Source: Chlamydiota bacterium
Lineage (GTDB): Bacteria > Auribacterota > Tritonobacteria > UBA1439
Length of the DNA stretch: 37,934 bases
NCBI GenBank assembly: GCA_037133055.1
Contig: JBAXOY010000016.1
Coordinates: forward strand, 1-37,934
Direction: 5' to 3'
Shown here: piece after piece, positions 1 through 8,818 of the stretch
How positions within the stretch are numbered: the first letter of the stretch is position 1
Layout of the letters: each line of letters begins with the position of its first letter
Notes under the pieces: model-generated
The model's database searches: none
What the model was told of the DNA's origin: nothing
What the model saw: the letters and a program-made list of their open reading frames with translations, nothing else
Position numbers and translations under genes: made by a program

Positions 1-1
1 C

Positions 2-244
2 GGGAAAAGCACGGTCCATGCGATTCAGTCGGGCATGATCCACGGCACGAGGGCCCTCATCTGCGGCCTGGTCGCTGAACTGCGCCGCGCCATGGGGGGC
101 AGGCCAAAGATCATCTTCACCGGCGGCCAGCTCGAACTGATCATCCGCGGGTGGAACTATCCGCGGCTGATCAACCCGCTCCTGACGCTGCACGGTCTGA
201 GGATCATTTACAACCGGCTCGCGTCCGTCGCGTCGCGTTCATGA
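2..244 (+). CDS. coaX: Type III pantothenate kinase, C-terminal part (5'-truncated by window)
   Basis: Frame open from base 2: GKSTVHAIQSGMIHG...IFTGG...NPLLTLHGL matches the CoaX C-terminal pattern (G.sT..aIqSG; TGG; p.LtL.GL). Stop overlaps the mnmA start (ATGA). Confidence 0.85.
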   Translation, partial: GKSTVHAIQSGMIHGTRALICGLVAELRRAMGGRPKIIFTGGQLELIIRGWNYPRLINPLLTLHGLRIIYNRLASVASRS

Positions 245-1296
245 AGATCATCGTCGGCATGTCGGGCGGCCTGGACAGCGCCGTGGCCGCCCTCCTGCTG
301 AAGGAGCAGGGGCATGAGGTCATCGGCGTCACCCTCGATCTGATCCCGGAGACCGCGTCGCGCGCGCCCGCCCGCCCCGGAGAGGAGGGGATCGACTCCG
401 CACGGCAGGCCGCGGCGCGGATCGGGGTCCCCCACCGCGTCATCGACGCGAGGGAAGAGTTCGGGAAGCGGGTGATCGGGTATTTTCGAAAAGAGTACTT
501 CTCCGGGCGTACCCCGAACCCGTGCGTCGTGTGCAACCCGGAGATCAAATTCGCCTTTCTCCTGCGGTGCGCGGACGATCTCGGCGCCGCGATGGTTGCC
601 ACGGGGCATTACGCGCGGATCGGAAGGGAAGGCGGCCGGACACTCCTCCTGCGGGGAGCGGACCGCCGCAAGGATCAGGCATATTTCCTCTCGCGCCTCC
701 CCCAGAACGCGCTCTCCCGCGTGATCTTCCCCCTCGGCGACCGTACGAAAGCCGAGGCTCGGCGAATCTCCGTCGAGAGGGGCCTGGACCTCCACGAACG
801 CCCTGAGAGCCAGGATATATGTTTCATCCCCGGGAATGATTACCGCGCGTTCCTGGCGCGATCGACCGGGGACGGAATCGCGGGGGGAGATATACTGGAC
901 ACCCGAGGCGCCGTCATCGGCCGGCATCCCGGCATCGCGCAGTTTACGATAGGGCAGAGGGCGGGGCGCTGGCTGCCGTCGGGGGTCAGGCGGTACGTCC
1001 TCTCGATCGACCCGGGCAGGCGCGCGATCACGGTGGGGAGGGGCGACGAACTCCTGCGGGGCGAATGCGCCGTGACCGATATCAACTGGATCTCCCGCCC
1101 CGCGCCCGCGGAACCGTTCCGTGCGCTCGTGAAGATCCGCTCCGCGCACCCCGGCGCCGCGGCCGGGATCCATCCGGGGCCCGGCGGGGGCGCCGTGGTG
1201 CGCTTCGACGAGCCGCAGAAAGCCGTCACCCCCGGACAGGCCGCCGTCTTCTACGACGGCGATGTCGTCGTCGGGGGGGGGTGGATAGAGAAGTAG
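241..1296 (+). CDS. mnmA: tRNA 2-thiouridylase MnmA
   Basis: MKIIVGMSGGLDS PP-loop, GRTPNPCVVCN, ATGHYAR, KDQAYFL, ESQDICF, TPGQAAVFY. Start placed at ATG 241 (ATGA overlap with coaX). Confidence 0.95.
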   Translation: MKIIVGMSGGLDSAVAALLLKEQGHEVIGVTLDLIPETASRAPARPGEEGIDSARQAAARIGVPHRVIDAREEFGKRVIGYFRKEYFSGRTPNPCVVCNPEIKFAFLLRCADDLGAAMVATGHYARIGREGGRTLLLRGADRRKDQAYFLSRLPQNALSRVIFPLGDRTKAEARRISVERGLDLHERPESQDICFIPGNDYRAFLARSTGDGIAGGDILDTRGAVIGRHPGIAQFTIGQRAGRWLPSGVRRYVLSIDPGRRAITVGRGDELLRGECAVTDINWISRPAPAEPFRALVKIRSAHPGAAAGIHPGPGGGAVVRFDEPQKAVTPGQAAVFYDGDVVVGGGWIEK

Positions 1297-1313
1297 GGCG
1301 AAAATTTATGTCT

Positions 1314-1353
1314 CACCGCAGAGGCCACGGAGAGTCATGGAGGTCGCGGAGAG
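1314..1353 (+). repeat. Degenerate ~9-nt tandem micro-repeat array (CACGGAG family)
   Basis: caccgcagag-gccacggag-agtcatggag-gtcgcggag-ag in the mnmA-trkA spacer; related arrays at 8664, 14849, 18885 and 18972. Confidence 0.7.
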
Positions 1354-1452
1354 CAACGGCAACAACCGGGCGTTGAAAATCTAGTGCACGAGAGCCATTT
1401 TTGATACCGTAGGGGCTGCACGGCACGGCTACCGGAGCTCACGGACGGCACC

Positions 1453-2103
1453 ATGAATATCATCATTGTCGGCTGCGGCAGGGTCGGGTCGAAGCTCGCC
1501 CTCCTCCTTTCCCAGGAGGGGAACAACGTCACGATCGTCGATGACAACCCCGCATCGCTGCGCCGCCTCGGCGGCACGTTCAACGGCGCCACCATCATCG
1601 GCAACTGCTTCGACCTCGAAATATTGAAGAAGGCGGGGATCGAGGCCGCCGACGCCGTGGTTGTGGTCACGAACGGCGACAACACGAATATCATGACCTC
1701 CCAGATCGCCAGGCAGATATACAGGGTGCCCAAGGTGATCGCCCGGCTCTACGACCCTCTCCGCACCGAAATCTACCAGCGGCTCGGCCTCGACATCATC
1801 AGCGGCACGACCCTCGTCGCGTCCATGATCCGGGACAAACTGGTCGAAAGCGCTTTTTCCGGCTATTTCATCGAAACGAGCGGCATGGGGATCATCGAGA
1901 TCGACCCCCCCCGTGCATTCGCGGGGCGGATGGTTTCGCACCTGAACATCGACAACGAGTTCCTCGTCGCGACCATACGGCGGGGGGACCGGGCGATCAT
2001 ACCGTCCCCGGCCACAACGGTCGAGGTGGGGGACACGCTCATCGGGATCGTGCGGACGGAGAGCGTACCGAAGATCAAGCAACTGTTCGCGGTGGAGGGG
2101 TAG
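1453..2103 (+). CDS. trkA: TrkA/KtrA family K+ uptake regulatory subunit (RCK N + C)
   Basis: MNIIIVGCGRVG Rossmann motif, AGIEAADAVVVVTNGDNTN, C-terminal TrkA-C (IRRGDRAIIPS...VGD). Confidence 0.92.
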   Translation: MNIIIVGCGRVGSKLALLLSQEGNNVTIVDDNPASLRRLGGTFNGATIIGNCFDLEILKKAGIEAADAVVVVTNGDNTNIMTSQIARQIYRVPKVIARLYDPLRTEIYQRLGLDIISGTTLVASMIRDKLVESAFSGYFIETSGMGIIEIDPPRAFAGRMVSHLNIDNEFLVATIRRGDRAIIPSPATTVEVGDTLIGIVRTESVPKIKQLFAVEG

Positions 2104-2766
2104 ATGTTCATCCTCGTGTGCGGAGGGGGCCACGTCGGCGTGTCGCTTGTCAATCGGCTGGCCGCGGAGGGGCACAAGGTAGCCCTCGTCGAAAAGGATA
2201 AGGCAGTCTGCGAGGCGATCGCCGGCGAGATCGGGGAGATCATCGTGATCCACGGCGACGCCTGCGAGCCGAGATTCCTCGATGAGGCGGGGGCCGAGAA
2301 CGCGGACGTCGTCGTCGCCGTGACGAACCACGACGAGGACAACCTCGTGATCTGCCAGATCGCCAAGACCTCGTTCGCGGTGCGGCGGACGGTCGCCAAG
2401 GTCAACGACCCCCGGAACGAGTACACCCTCGGGCGTCTCGGCGTCGACACCCCCGTCGACGCCACCACGCTCATCGCCCAGATGATCAATCAGGAGCTGT
2501 CGCTCGACGAGCTGAGCACCCTTCTCAAGCTCAGGCAGGGAAGGATCTCCGTGATCCAGGGCACGATCTCCGCCCGCTCTCCCCTCTGCAATGCCAGCCT
2601 GAAGGAGATCGAAATGCCCGACAAGTGCATCATCGCCTCGGTGCTGCGGAAAGACGATATTCTCGTGCCCCGGGGGGATACCACGCTCGAAATGGGCGAC
2701 CAGCTCCTCGTGATCGCCACTCCTGAGAGCGAAAAGCAGTTCCGGAAGCTCCTCACGGGGGGATGA
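2104..2766 (+). CDS. trkA: TrkA/KtrA family K+ uptake regulatory subunit, second paralog
   Basis: GGGHVG motif, GDACEP, VTNHDEDNL, PRGDTTLEMGD; abuts the first trkA. Confidence 0.92.
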   Translation: MFILVCGGGHVGVSLVNRLAAEGHKVALVEKDKAVCEAIAGEIGEIIVIHGDACEPRFLDEAGAENADVVVAVTNHDEDNLVICQIAKTSFAVRRTVAKVNDPRNEYTLGRLGVDTPVDATTLIAQMINQELSLDELSTLLKLRQGRISVIQGTISARSPLCNASLKEIEMPDKCIIASVLRKDDILVPRGDTTLEMGDQLLVIATPESEKQFRKLLTGG

Positions 2767-2921
2767 CCGCCATGGCGCGTTCCCGCTCCACGGGCCGAGC
2801 CCATCTCAAGTCGGCGGCGAGGGGGATCATCGTCGAGTGCCTCTACGTGACCGTTCTCTGCGCCGCCCTGTTCCTGATCACGACGGCGATCTGGTATCTT
2901 TACTCCCGGTGCCGCGCATGA
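2763..2921 (+). CDS. 52-aa single-pass membrane protein (not in ORF track)
   Basis: Hand translation: MTAMARSRSTGRAHLKSAARGIIVECLYVTVLCAALFLITTAIWYLYSRCRA*. ATGA overlaps with the trkA stop (2763-2766) and the trkH start (2918-2921); basic N-terminus followed by a long hydrophobic stretch. Confidence 0.7.
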   Translation: MTAMARSRSTGRAHLKSAARGIIVECLYVTVLCAALFLITTAIWYLYSRCRA

Positions 2922-4423
2922 TCTCCCGCCCCACCCTCCGAGATTATAGGGTCATCGGTTTCTTCACGGGGAAAATCCTCGCTGGCGTCTCTCTTCTCTA
3001 CACCGTGCCCCTCGCGACCGCCGCCGCGTTCGGGGAATGGTCCGCGTTCGTCGATTTCGCCGTCGGCATGAGCGCCACCCTCGCCTCGAGCGCCCTCCTG
3101 ATGCTTCTCGGCGACGACACCCGGGCTCCGATGCGCTGGGTGCAGTCCATGGTGATCGCCGCATTCTCCTGGTTTGCGGCCATGCTCCTTTGCGCGATCC
3201 CGCACTACCTCAGCGGAAATTTCCTGAGCTACCTCGACTGCGTCTTCGACGTGATGAGCGGGTTCACCACCACGGGACTCACCCTGATCCAGGACCTCGA
3301 CCACGCCTCGCACAGCCTGAACATGTGGCGCCACCTGCTCACCTACGTGGGGGGGCAGGGGATGATCGTCATGGTGCTCGTGTTCCTCGTCCGGGGGACT
3401 GCGGGCGCGTACATGATGTACGTCGGCGAGGGGAAGGACGAGCGCCTCCTCCCGAACATTGTGCATACCAGCCGCGCCATCTGGCTCATCAGCATCGTCT
3501 ATCTCCTCATCGGCACCGCGGTCCTGTCGCTCCTCCTCGCCCGGGAGGGGATCGGCTTCCCCCGCTGCCTCCTTCACGGGTTGTGGCTCTTCCAATCGGC
3601 GTGGAGCACGGGAGGCTTCTCCCCCCAATCGCAGAACATCCTCTACTACCACAGCTACGCGGTCGAGCTCGGCACGCTGCTCTTCTTCGTCATCGGCTCC
3701 TTCAACTTCATCCTGCACTACGCCGTCTGGAGCGGCAACGTAAAGGAGATGTGGAAGAATATCGAAATCAGATCGTTCACCCTGACCGCGGCGCTCACCA
3801 CGGCCCTCCTCGTCTTCGCCCTCGCAAGACTTTCCCTCTACAGCGATGCGTTCGTCCTCTTTCGCCGCGCCGTGTACAACCTCCTCTCCGCGCACACCAC
3901 CACAGGGTTCGCCAGCGCCTACGTCCAGCAGTTCAAGGCGGACTGGGGGGACCTGGCGCTCCTCGCCATGACCACCGCCATGGCCTTCGGCGGAAGCGCG
4001 TGCTCGACCGCGGGCGGCATCAAGGGCCTTCGGGTGGGGATCATCGCAAAGGCGATCTACCACGAGATCAAGAGGATCGTCCTGAGCGAGGACGCGGTCT
4101 TCGTCACCAAGTTCCATCACATCAGGGACATCGTCCTGGGCGACCAGCAGGTGAAGATGGCGGGACTCATCGCGCTCTGCTACATCGTCTTGTATTTCAC
4201 CGGGGGGATCCTGGGCGTCGTCTGCGGGTACCCGTTCACGGACGCACTGTTCGAGTCCACCTCCGCCGGCAGCAACAGCGGCCTCTCGTGCGGCATCACC
4301 GCCGCGAGCATGCCGGCGATCCTCAAGCTCTACTACATCCTCGTTATGTGGGCGGGCAGGCTCGAGTTTATCTCTCTCTTCGGGCTGATCGCCTTCGGTT
4401 TTTCGATCTTCAGGGGGAAATAG
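2918..4423 (+). CDS. trkH: TrkH family K+ uptake permease
   Basis: Polytopic protein with four pore-loop motifs (SGFTTTG, SAWSTGGF, SAHTTTGF, SAGSNSG), GSACSTAGGIK and MWAGRLE. Start moved from 2837 to ATG 2918. Confidence 0.93.
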   Translation: MISRPTLRDYRVIGFFTGKILAGVSLLYTVPLATAAAFGEWSAFVDFAVGMSATLASSALLMLLGDDTRAPMRWVQSMVIAAFSWFAAMLLCAIPHYLSGNFLSYLDCVFDVMSGFTTTGLTLIQDLDHASHSLNMWRHLLTYVGGQGMIVMVLVFLVRGTAGAYMMYVGEGKDERLLPNIVHTSRAIWLISIVYLLIGTAVLSLLLAREGIGFPRCLLHGLWLFQSAWSTGGFSPQSQNILYYHSYAVELGTLLFFVIGSFNFILHYAVWSGNVKEMWKNIEIRSFTLTAALTTALLVFALARLSLYSDAFVLFRRAVYNLLSAHTTTGFASAYVQQFKADWGDLALLAMTTAMAFGGSACSTAGGIKGLRVGIIAKAIYHEIKRIVLSEDAVFVTKFHHIRDIVLGDQQVKMAGLIALCYIVLYFTGGILGVVCGYPFTDALFESTSAGSNSGLSCGITAASMPAILKLYYILVMWAGRLEFISLFGLIAFGFSIFRGK

Positions 4424-4426
4424 GTC

Positions 4427-5065
4427 ATGCATGGCTGGCTGCGGCGGCGGAAGGGGATGCTTCTCCTCGGGCTCTCAGTGTGGCTCTCCGCCGCGCCCTC
4501 GGAAGCGGCGATCCGGGTCGACTCGTTTCTCTCCCTGGTGAGGGAGGGTAAGACATACGACGGCAAGGAGATCGAAATCGAGGGCGAGGCGGTGGGGGAT
4601 GTGATGATGCGCGGCTCATACGCGTGGGTCAACGTGAGATCCCCGGAGGACGTCGCCCTCGGCATAATCCTTGCCCCTGAGCAGGCGCGCCGGATACGTC
4701 AGACAGGCGACTATTTCCACGCCGGAGACCGGATCCGGGTGACGGGCACCTTCCGCCGATTCGCCGCCGCCTACGGCGGAGAGACCTGCGTGGTCGCCCG
4801 CGAGATGACGGTCGCGCGGAGTGGGTTCGCGACACCGCATCCGGTTTCGAGGCGGAAGATAACCGCCGCTCTGGCCCTCATCGCCTTCTCGATCCTCTTG
4901 CTCATCGCGCTGGCGGTGAAATGCCGCGCCACCTGTCGCCCCATCGGCGTTCTGTCCCGTGTCCGGGAAGAAGGGGGGGATGGGGTCCCCCTTCATAGAG
5001 GGGGACATTCCGCGGGAACGGCGCTCAACCCCCGCACATCCACCATGAGGAGGGATAAACCATGA
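4427..5065 (+). CDS. Exported, membrane-anchored hypothetical protein, probable OB-fold domain
   Basis: Signal-peptide-like N-terminus, beta-rich core (YDGKEIEIEGEAVGD...GDRIRVTGTF) and C-terminal hydrophobic helix (ITAALALIAFSILLLIALAV); 3 bp after trkH. Confidence 0.7.
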   Translation: MHGWLRRRKGMLLLGLSVWLSAAPSEAAIRVDSFLSLVREGKTYDGKEIEIEGEAVGDVMMRGSYAWVNVRSPEDVALGIILAPEQARRIRQTGDYFHAGDRIRVTGTFRRFAAAYGGETCVVAREMTVARSGFATPHPVSRRKITAALALIAFSILLLIALAVKCRATCRPIGVLSRVREEGGDGVPLHRGGHSAGTALNPRTSTMRRDKP

Positions 5066-5277
5066 GAAAGGCCCTGCTGCCGGCAGCGCTCGCGGTCCTG
5101 TGCGTCGCGGGCATCGCCTTCGCGCAGACCTCGCAGAAGGAGTCGGAGGTGGCGAAGCAGTTCGCGGCGGTGAACGCGAAGCTGGATACGATCGTGCAAA
5201 ACCAGGCGAAGCTCGACACGATCATCGCCAATCAGGAAAAGATACTCCAGAAGCTGATAATCATCCGCCAGCACTGA
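5062..5277 (+). CDS. Small secreted coiled-coil protein (71 aa)
   Basis: SD-like GAGGAGGG upstream, signal peptide ending in AFA, mature part with repeated AKLDTIxxNQ units. Confidence 0.8.
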   Translation: MRKALLPAALAVLCVAGIAFAQTSQKESEVAKQFAAVNAKLDTIVQNQAKLDTIIANQEKILQKLIIIRQH

Positions 5278-5285
5278 TCGGGCCT

Positions 5286-6077
5286 ATGCCCTCATATTAC
5301 TCGTCGGACATGCGGCTCGATTTCGGGATCCCCCTCACCCCGGGGGTGAAGCGGCTGATGCTGGCGACCGCCGGCTGCTTCCTTCTCCAGAACCTCTCCG
5401 GGGGCGTTCTCGACGCCCTTTTCGGCCTCGTCGCCGGCGAGGCGCTGGGGCGTCTGATGCTCTGGCAGTTCGCGACCTACATCTTCCTGCACGCGGGCGT
5501 CGGGCATATCCTCTTCAACATGTTCACGCTCTGGATGTTCGGGCGCGACGTGGAAAAAGCCCTCGGCACGCGACGTTTTATCGTTTTCTATTTTTTGTGT
5601 GGGATCGGCGCGGGGGTGTGCGCGTACGCCTCCTATCAGCCCCCGGCGATCATCATGGGCGCCTCCGGGGCCATCTTCGGGGTGATGACCGCCTTCGCCA
5701 TGCTGTACCCCGACCGGGTCCTTACGCTCCTCATCTTCTTCGTGCTCCCGGTGCAGATGAAGGCGAAGTACATGGTGATGATCTTCGCGGGGATAGAGCT
5801 TCTGTTCGTGATAACGACCAGACAGGATGGGGGGGGCATCGCCCACTTCGCGCATCTCGGCGGGGCGCTCTGCGGATATCTCTACATGCGCTGGTCGGGG
5901 CTCTGCGGGGGGGCGCTCGCGGGCGGCGGGTGGCGGCACGGCGTTTTTCAGGCGCGGGTCACGGGGGATGGGCAGTCGCCGGACGTGGACGAGGTGCTGG
6001 ACAAGATCTCGCGACACGGCCTCGGCAGCCTTACTGAGGAGGAGAAGGAGCTGCTGCGCCGCGCCGCGCGGCGGTAA
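5286..6077 (+). CDS. Rhomboid family intramembrane serine protease
   Basis: LWQFATYIFLH, HILFNM, catalytic GASG and AHFAHLGG; short C-terminal helical domain (VDEVLDKISRHGLGSLTEEEK). Start at ATG 5286 or 5310. Confidence 0.92.
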   Translation: MPSYYSSDMRLDFGIPLTPGVKRLMLATAGCFLLQNLSGGVLDALFGLVAGEALGRLMLWQFATYIFLHAGVGHILFNMFTLWMFGRDVEKALGTRRFIVFYFLCGIGAGVCAYASYQPPAIIMGASGAIFGVMTAFAMLYPDRVLTLLIFFVLPVQMKAKYMVMIFAGIELLFVITTRQDGGGIAHFAHLGGALCGYLYMRWSGLCGGALAGGGWRHGVFQARVTGDGQSPDVDEVLDKISRHGLGSLTEEEKELLRRAARR

Positions 6078-6093
6078 AGGGCTTAACGTTGCC

Positions 6094-6126
6094 CGCAGAT
6101 GAACGCAACAATCTGCGCAATCTGCG
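6094..6126. repeat. Inverted micro-repeat pair (CGCAGAT / ATCTGCG x2)
   Basis: CGCAGAT at 6094-6100 followed by its reverse complement ATCTGCG at 6111-6117 and 6120-6126; related to arrays at 14898 and 18924. Confidence 0.7.
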
Positions 6127-6155
6127 TCCCAACATTACAACGGGGAGGAATCGCC

Positions 6156-6767
6156 ATGATCGAGGGGATCCGCTGGCTGGGGCACGCGAGCTTCAGGATC
6201 GACGGAGAGAAGACCGTCTATATCGACCCGTACAAGGTGACGCAGGGCCCTCCCGCGGACATCATACTCGTGTCGCACTCCCATTATGACCACTGTTCGC
6301 TGATCTCCATCGAGCGGCTCTCGAAGCCCGGCACCGTGCTCGTGACGAACGCCGAATGCGCCCGCAAGCTGCCGGGGGATGTGCGCGTCATCGCCCCGGG
6401 GGAGTCGGTCTCCCTGGGGGGAGTCGTCATCGAGGGGGTCGCCGCGTACAACACGGGGAAGCCATTCCATCCGAAGGCGGAGGGAGGGCTCGGGTTCGTC
6501 GTCTCGATGGGGAAACGCAGGATCTACTTCGCAGGCGACACCGACCTGATCCCCGAGATGGCGATGGTGAAGGCCGACGTAGCCCTTCTCCCCGTGAGCG
6601 GCACGTACGTGATGACGGCGGAGGAGGCGGCGGAGGCGGCGCGGCGGATAAAGCCGGCGGTGGCCGTCCCGATGCACTACGGGAGCATCGTCGGCTCCTC
6701 GTCTGACGCCGCGCGGTTCAGGGACCTGGCGGGCGTGAGGGTCGAAATCCTTCCGCGGGAGGAGTAG
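6156..6767 (+). CDS. MBL-fold metallo-hydrolase (UlaG/UPF0173-like)
   Basis: WLGHASF, SHSHYDH, YFAGDT, PMHYG; SD GGGGAGGA before ATG 6156. Confidence 0.9.
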   Translation: MIEGIRWLGHASFRIDGEKTVYIDPYKVTQGPPADIILVSHSHYDHCSLISIERLSKPGTVLVTNAECARKLPGDVRVIAPGESVSLGGVVIEGVAAYNTGKPFHPKAEGGLGFVVSMGKRRIYFAGDTDLIPEMAMVKADVALLPVSGTYVMTAEEAAEAARRIKPAVAVPMHYGSIVGSSSDAARFRDLAGVRVEILPREE

Positions 6768-6776
6768 GGGGGAGAA

Positions 6777-7676
6777 GTGCGCGCAAAGCTCATCTATAAC
6801 CCGGCATCCCGCGGGGCGGTCGGGCCGTGCCGCCTGAAGAGGATCGAGCGCACCCTCATCGACGGCGGCCTCGAAGTGGAGGTGTGCGCCGCGGCGCAGC
6901 CGGGCGACGCCCGCCAGCACGCGGTTTCGGCGCGGGACGGGTCGTTCCGCATGGTGATAAGCGCGGGCGGAGACGGGACGATCCACGAGGTCATCAACGG
7001 CATCGCCGGATCGGACCTCGTCCTGGGAATACTCCCGATGGGCACGGGGAACGTGCTCGCATGGGAGCTCGGGATCCCCCTCGACCCGTTGGACGCATGC
7101 CAGGTGCTGACGGCGGGGATCGAGCGCACGATCGACCTCGGGCGCTCGACCGACGGGCGGTACTTCTCCTGCATGGCGGGGGTGGGCATCGACGCGCAGA
7201 TCGTGCGCGACGTCCCGCCCTTGGCGAAAGGCATCCTGGGCGGTTTCGCGTATCTTCTCGGGATAGGGACTCTGTTCCACCGCGGCCTGACCGAACTGGC
7301 CATCGAAACGGACGGACGAAAACCGCCCGTGGTGGGCTACGCGACGGTGATCTGCAACTCCGCTCACTACGGGGGCAGGTTCAGGATCTGTGCGGATGCC
7401 GTCATCGATGACGGGTGGCTCGACGTATGCATCCTCCAGAAGCGCGACAGCCTTGCGCTCCTGCGCTCAGGCATATCGGTCATCATGAACAATCACCAGC
7501 GGATGGAGAATGTCTCCTTCACCCGGGTGCGCTCCGTGCTCGTCTCCTCATCCCATAAGGCGCTCGTCCAATCGGACGGCGACATCATCGGCACGACGCC
7601 GATAGGTTTCTCGGTCGTCCCGAGGGCGCTGCGGGTGATGGTTCCCCCGGGGCGCGGCGGGGAGCGGGCCCCATGA
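6777..7676 (+). CDS. Diacylglycerol/lipid kinase family protein (YegS/BmrU-like)
   Basis: IYNPAS, AGGDGTIHEVING, PMGTGN, YGG, DDGWLDV, QSDGD. Confidence 0.92.
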   Translation: MRAKLIYNPASRGAVGPCRLKRIERTLIDGGLEVEVCAAAQPGDARQHAVSARDGSFRMVISAGGDGTIHEVINGIAGSDLVLGILPMGTGNVLAWELGIPLDPLDACQVLTAGIERTIDLGRSTDGRYFSCMAGVGIDAQIVRDVPPLAKGILGGFAYLLGIGTLFHRGLTELAIETDGRKPPVVGYATVICNSAHYGGRFRICADAVIDDGWLDVCILQKRDSLALLRSGISVIMNNHQRMENVSFTRVRSVLVSSSHKALVQSDGDIIGTTPIGFSVVPRALRVMVPPGRGGERAP

Positions 7677-8641
7677 ACCGGACGCTGTGCGCCTGCGTCG
7701 CGGCCCTCGCGCTCTCGACGGCGTGCGCCGGGTGCGTGAAGAGAGTGAATATAACGCCGGAGGAGGCCGAGGCGCAGGTCGCGCAAGAATGCGCGATACG
7801 GTTTCACCGGTTCCACACCATGCAAAAGCACGCTGACTACCTCGCGCGCGCGGGCATGGAGCGCCAGGCGTTTGTCACGTATGAACAGGCCATCGGGGCC
7901 CTCGACGAGATCCGGAAGATGGATCCGTTCTGGAACGCGGCATCGGTGCGCGAGTGCCGGAGGAGCTGTCGGATCGAGATGGAACAGCTCTTCGGCAGGC
8001 TGAAGCTCAGGGATCTGAGGGAGGGAGAGGCGCTCGATCGGTTCATCGCAGGCAACGCGGCGGACCCGTGGTCCCCGGCCCCCTACGCCGAGCTGGGGGT
8101 TTTCTACTTCAACGAGCACGAGTACGACAACGCCATGGCTCAGTACCGGGAGGCGCTCCTTCGGGATAGCTCGAACATCCCGGTCCTGATCAGCATGGCG
8201 CAGATCCTGAGCCGGACGGGCGATCTCGACGCGGCCCGCCGGATCTATTCGGGGATCCTCGATGCAAACCCCGATCTCGCCGTGGTCCACTACAACCTGG
8301 GCGGCATCTACTTCATGATGCAGAAGCCCATCAACGCCTACCGGGAATACACGCGGGCCCTCGAGCTCGATCGGGACTCGCCCGACACCTGCAACGCCCT
8401 CGGGGTGGTGTGCAAGCAGCTCAAACGCTACGACCAGGCCGAGGCTCACCTGAAAAACGCCATCCGCATCAACCCGAACTACGCCCCCGCGTACCACAAC
8501 CTCGGCCTCGTCTTCATGGAGAAGCACAACTACCCGAACGCAACCACCTACCTCCAGCGCGCCATCGACCTCTTCGGCCCGGAAAGCCCGCGGGGCAGGG
8601 AGATCGCCGAGCTCATACGGAACCGCCGCCGCGCGCGGTGA
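7673..8641 (+). CDS. TPR-repeat lipoprotein
   Basis: Lipobox-like LSTACAGC after a hydrophobic signal; several TPR units (HYNLGGIY, NALGVVC, AYHNLGLVF). Confidence 0.85.
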   Translation: MNRTLCACVAALALSTACAGCVKRVNITPEEAEAQVAQECAIRFHRFHTMQKHADYLARAGMERQAFVTYEQAIGALDEIRKMDPFWNAASVRECRRSCRIEMEQLFGRLKLRDLREGEALDRFIAGNAADPWSPAPYAELGVFYFNEHEYDNAMAQYREALLRDSSNIPVLISMAQILSRTGDLDAARRIYSGILDANPDLAVVHYNLGGIYFMMQKPINAYREYTRALELDRDSPDTCNALGVVCKQLKRYDQAEAHLKNAIRINPNYAPAYHNLGLVFMEKHNYPNATTYLQRAIDLFGPESPRGREIAELIRNRRRAR

Positions 8642-8663
8642 ACGGCAAAGAGCCCTGTTTCAC

Positions 8664-8698
8664 CTCTCCGTGCCCTCCGCCTCCTCCGTGGTGTGAGA
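8664..8698 (-). repeat. Degenerate ~9-nt tandem micro-repeat array (CACGGAG family, reverse orientation)
   Basis: + strand reads ctctccgtg-ccctccgcc-tcctccgtg-gtgtgaga. Confidence 0.7.
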
Positions 8699-8716
8699 CA
8701 GTAAAGGGGAAATTCC

Positions 8717-8745
8717 TTGACCACCGCCCCCGGCGCGGGGATAAT
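8717..8745 (+). promoter_or_regulatory. Sigma70-type promoter upstream of glgC
   Basis: TTGACC (8717-8722), 17-nt spacer, GATAAT (8740-8745), about 75 bp before the glgC ATG. Confidence 0.6.
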
Positions 8746-8818
8746 ATGCATCGCACCAGGCGCGAGGCCGGGGCGCCCCTCCGCGAACGCCCTACAGAGA
8801 GATGGGGAGATTCCGTAC

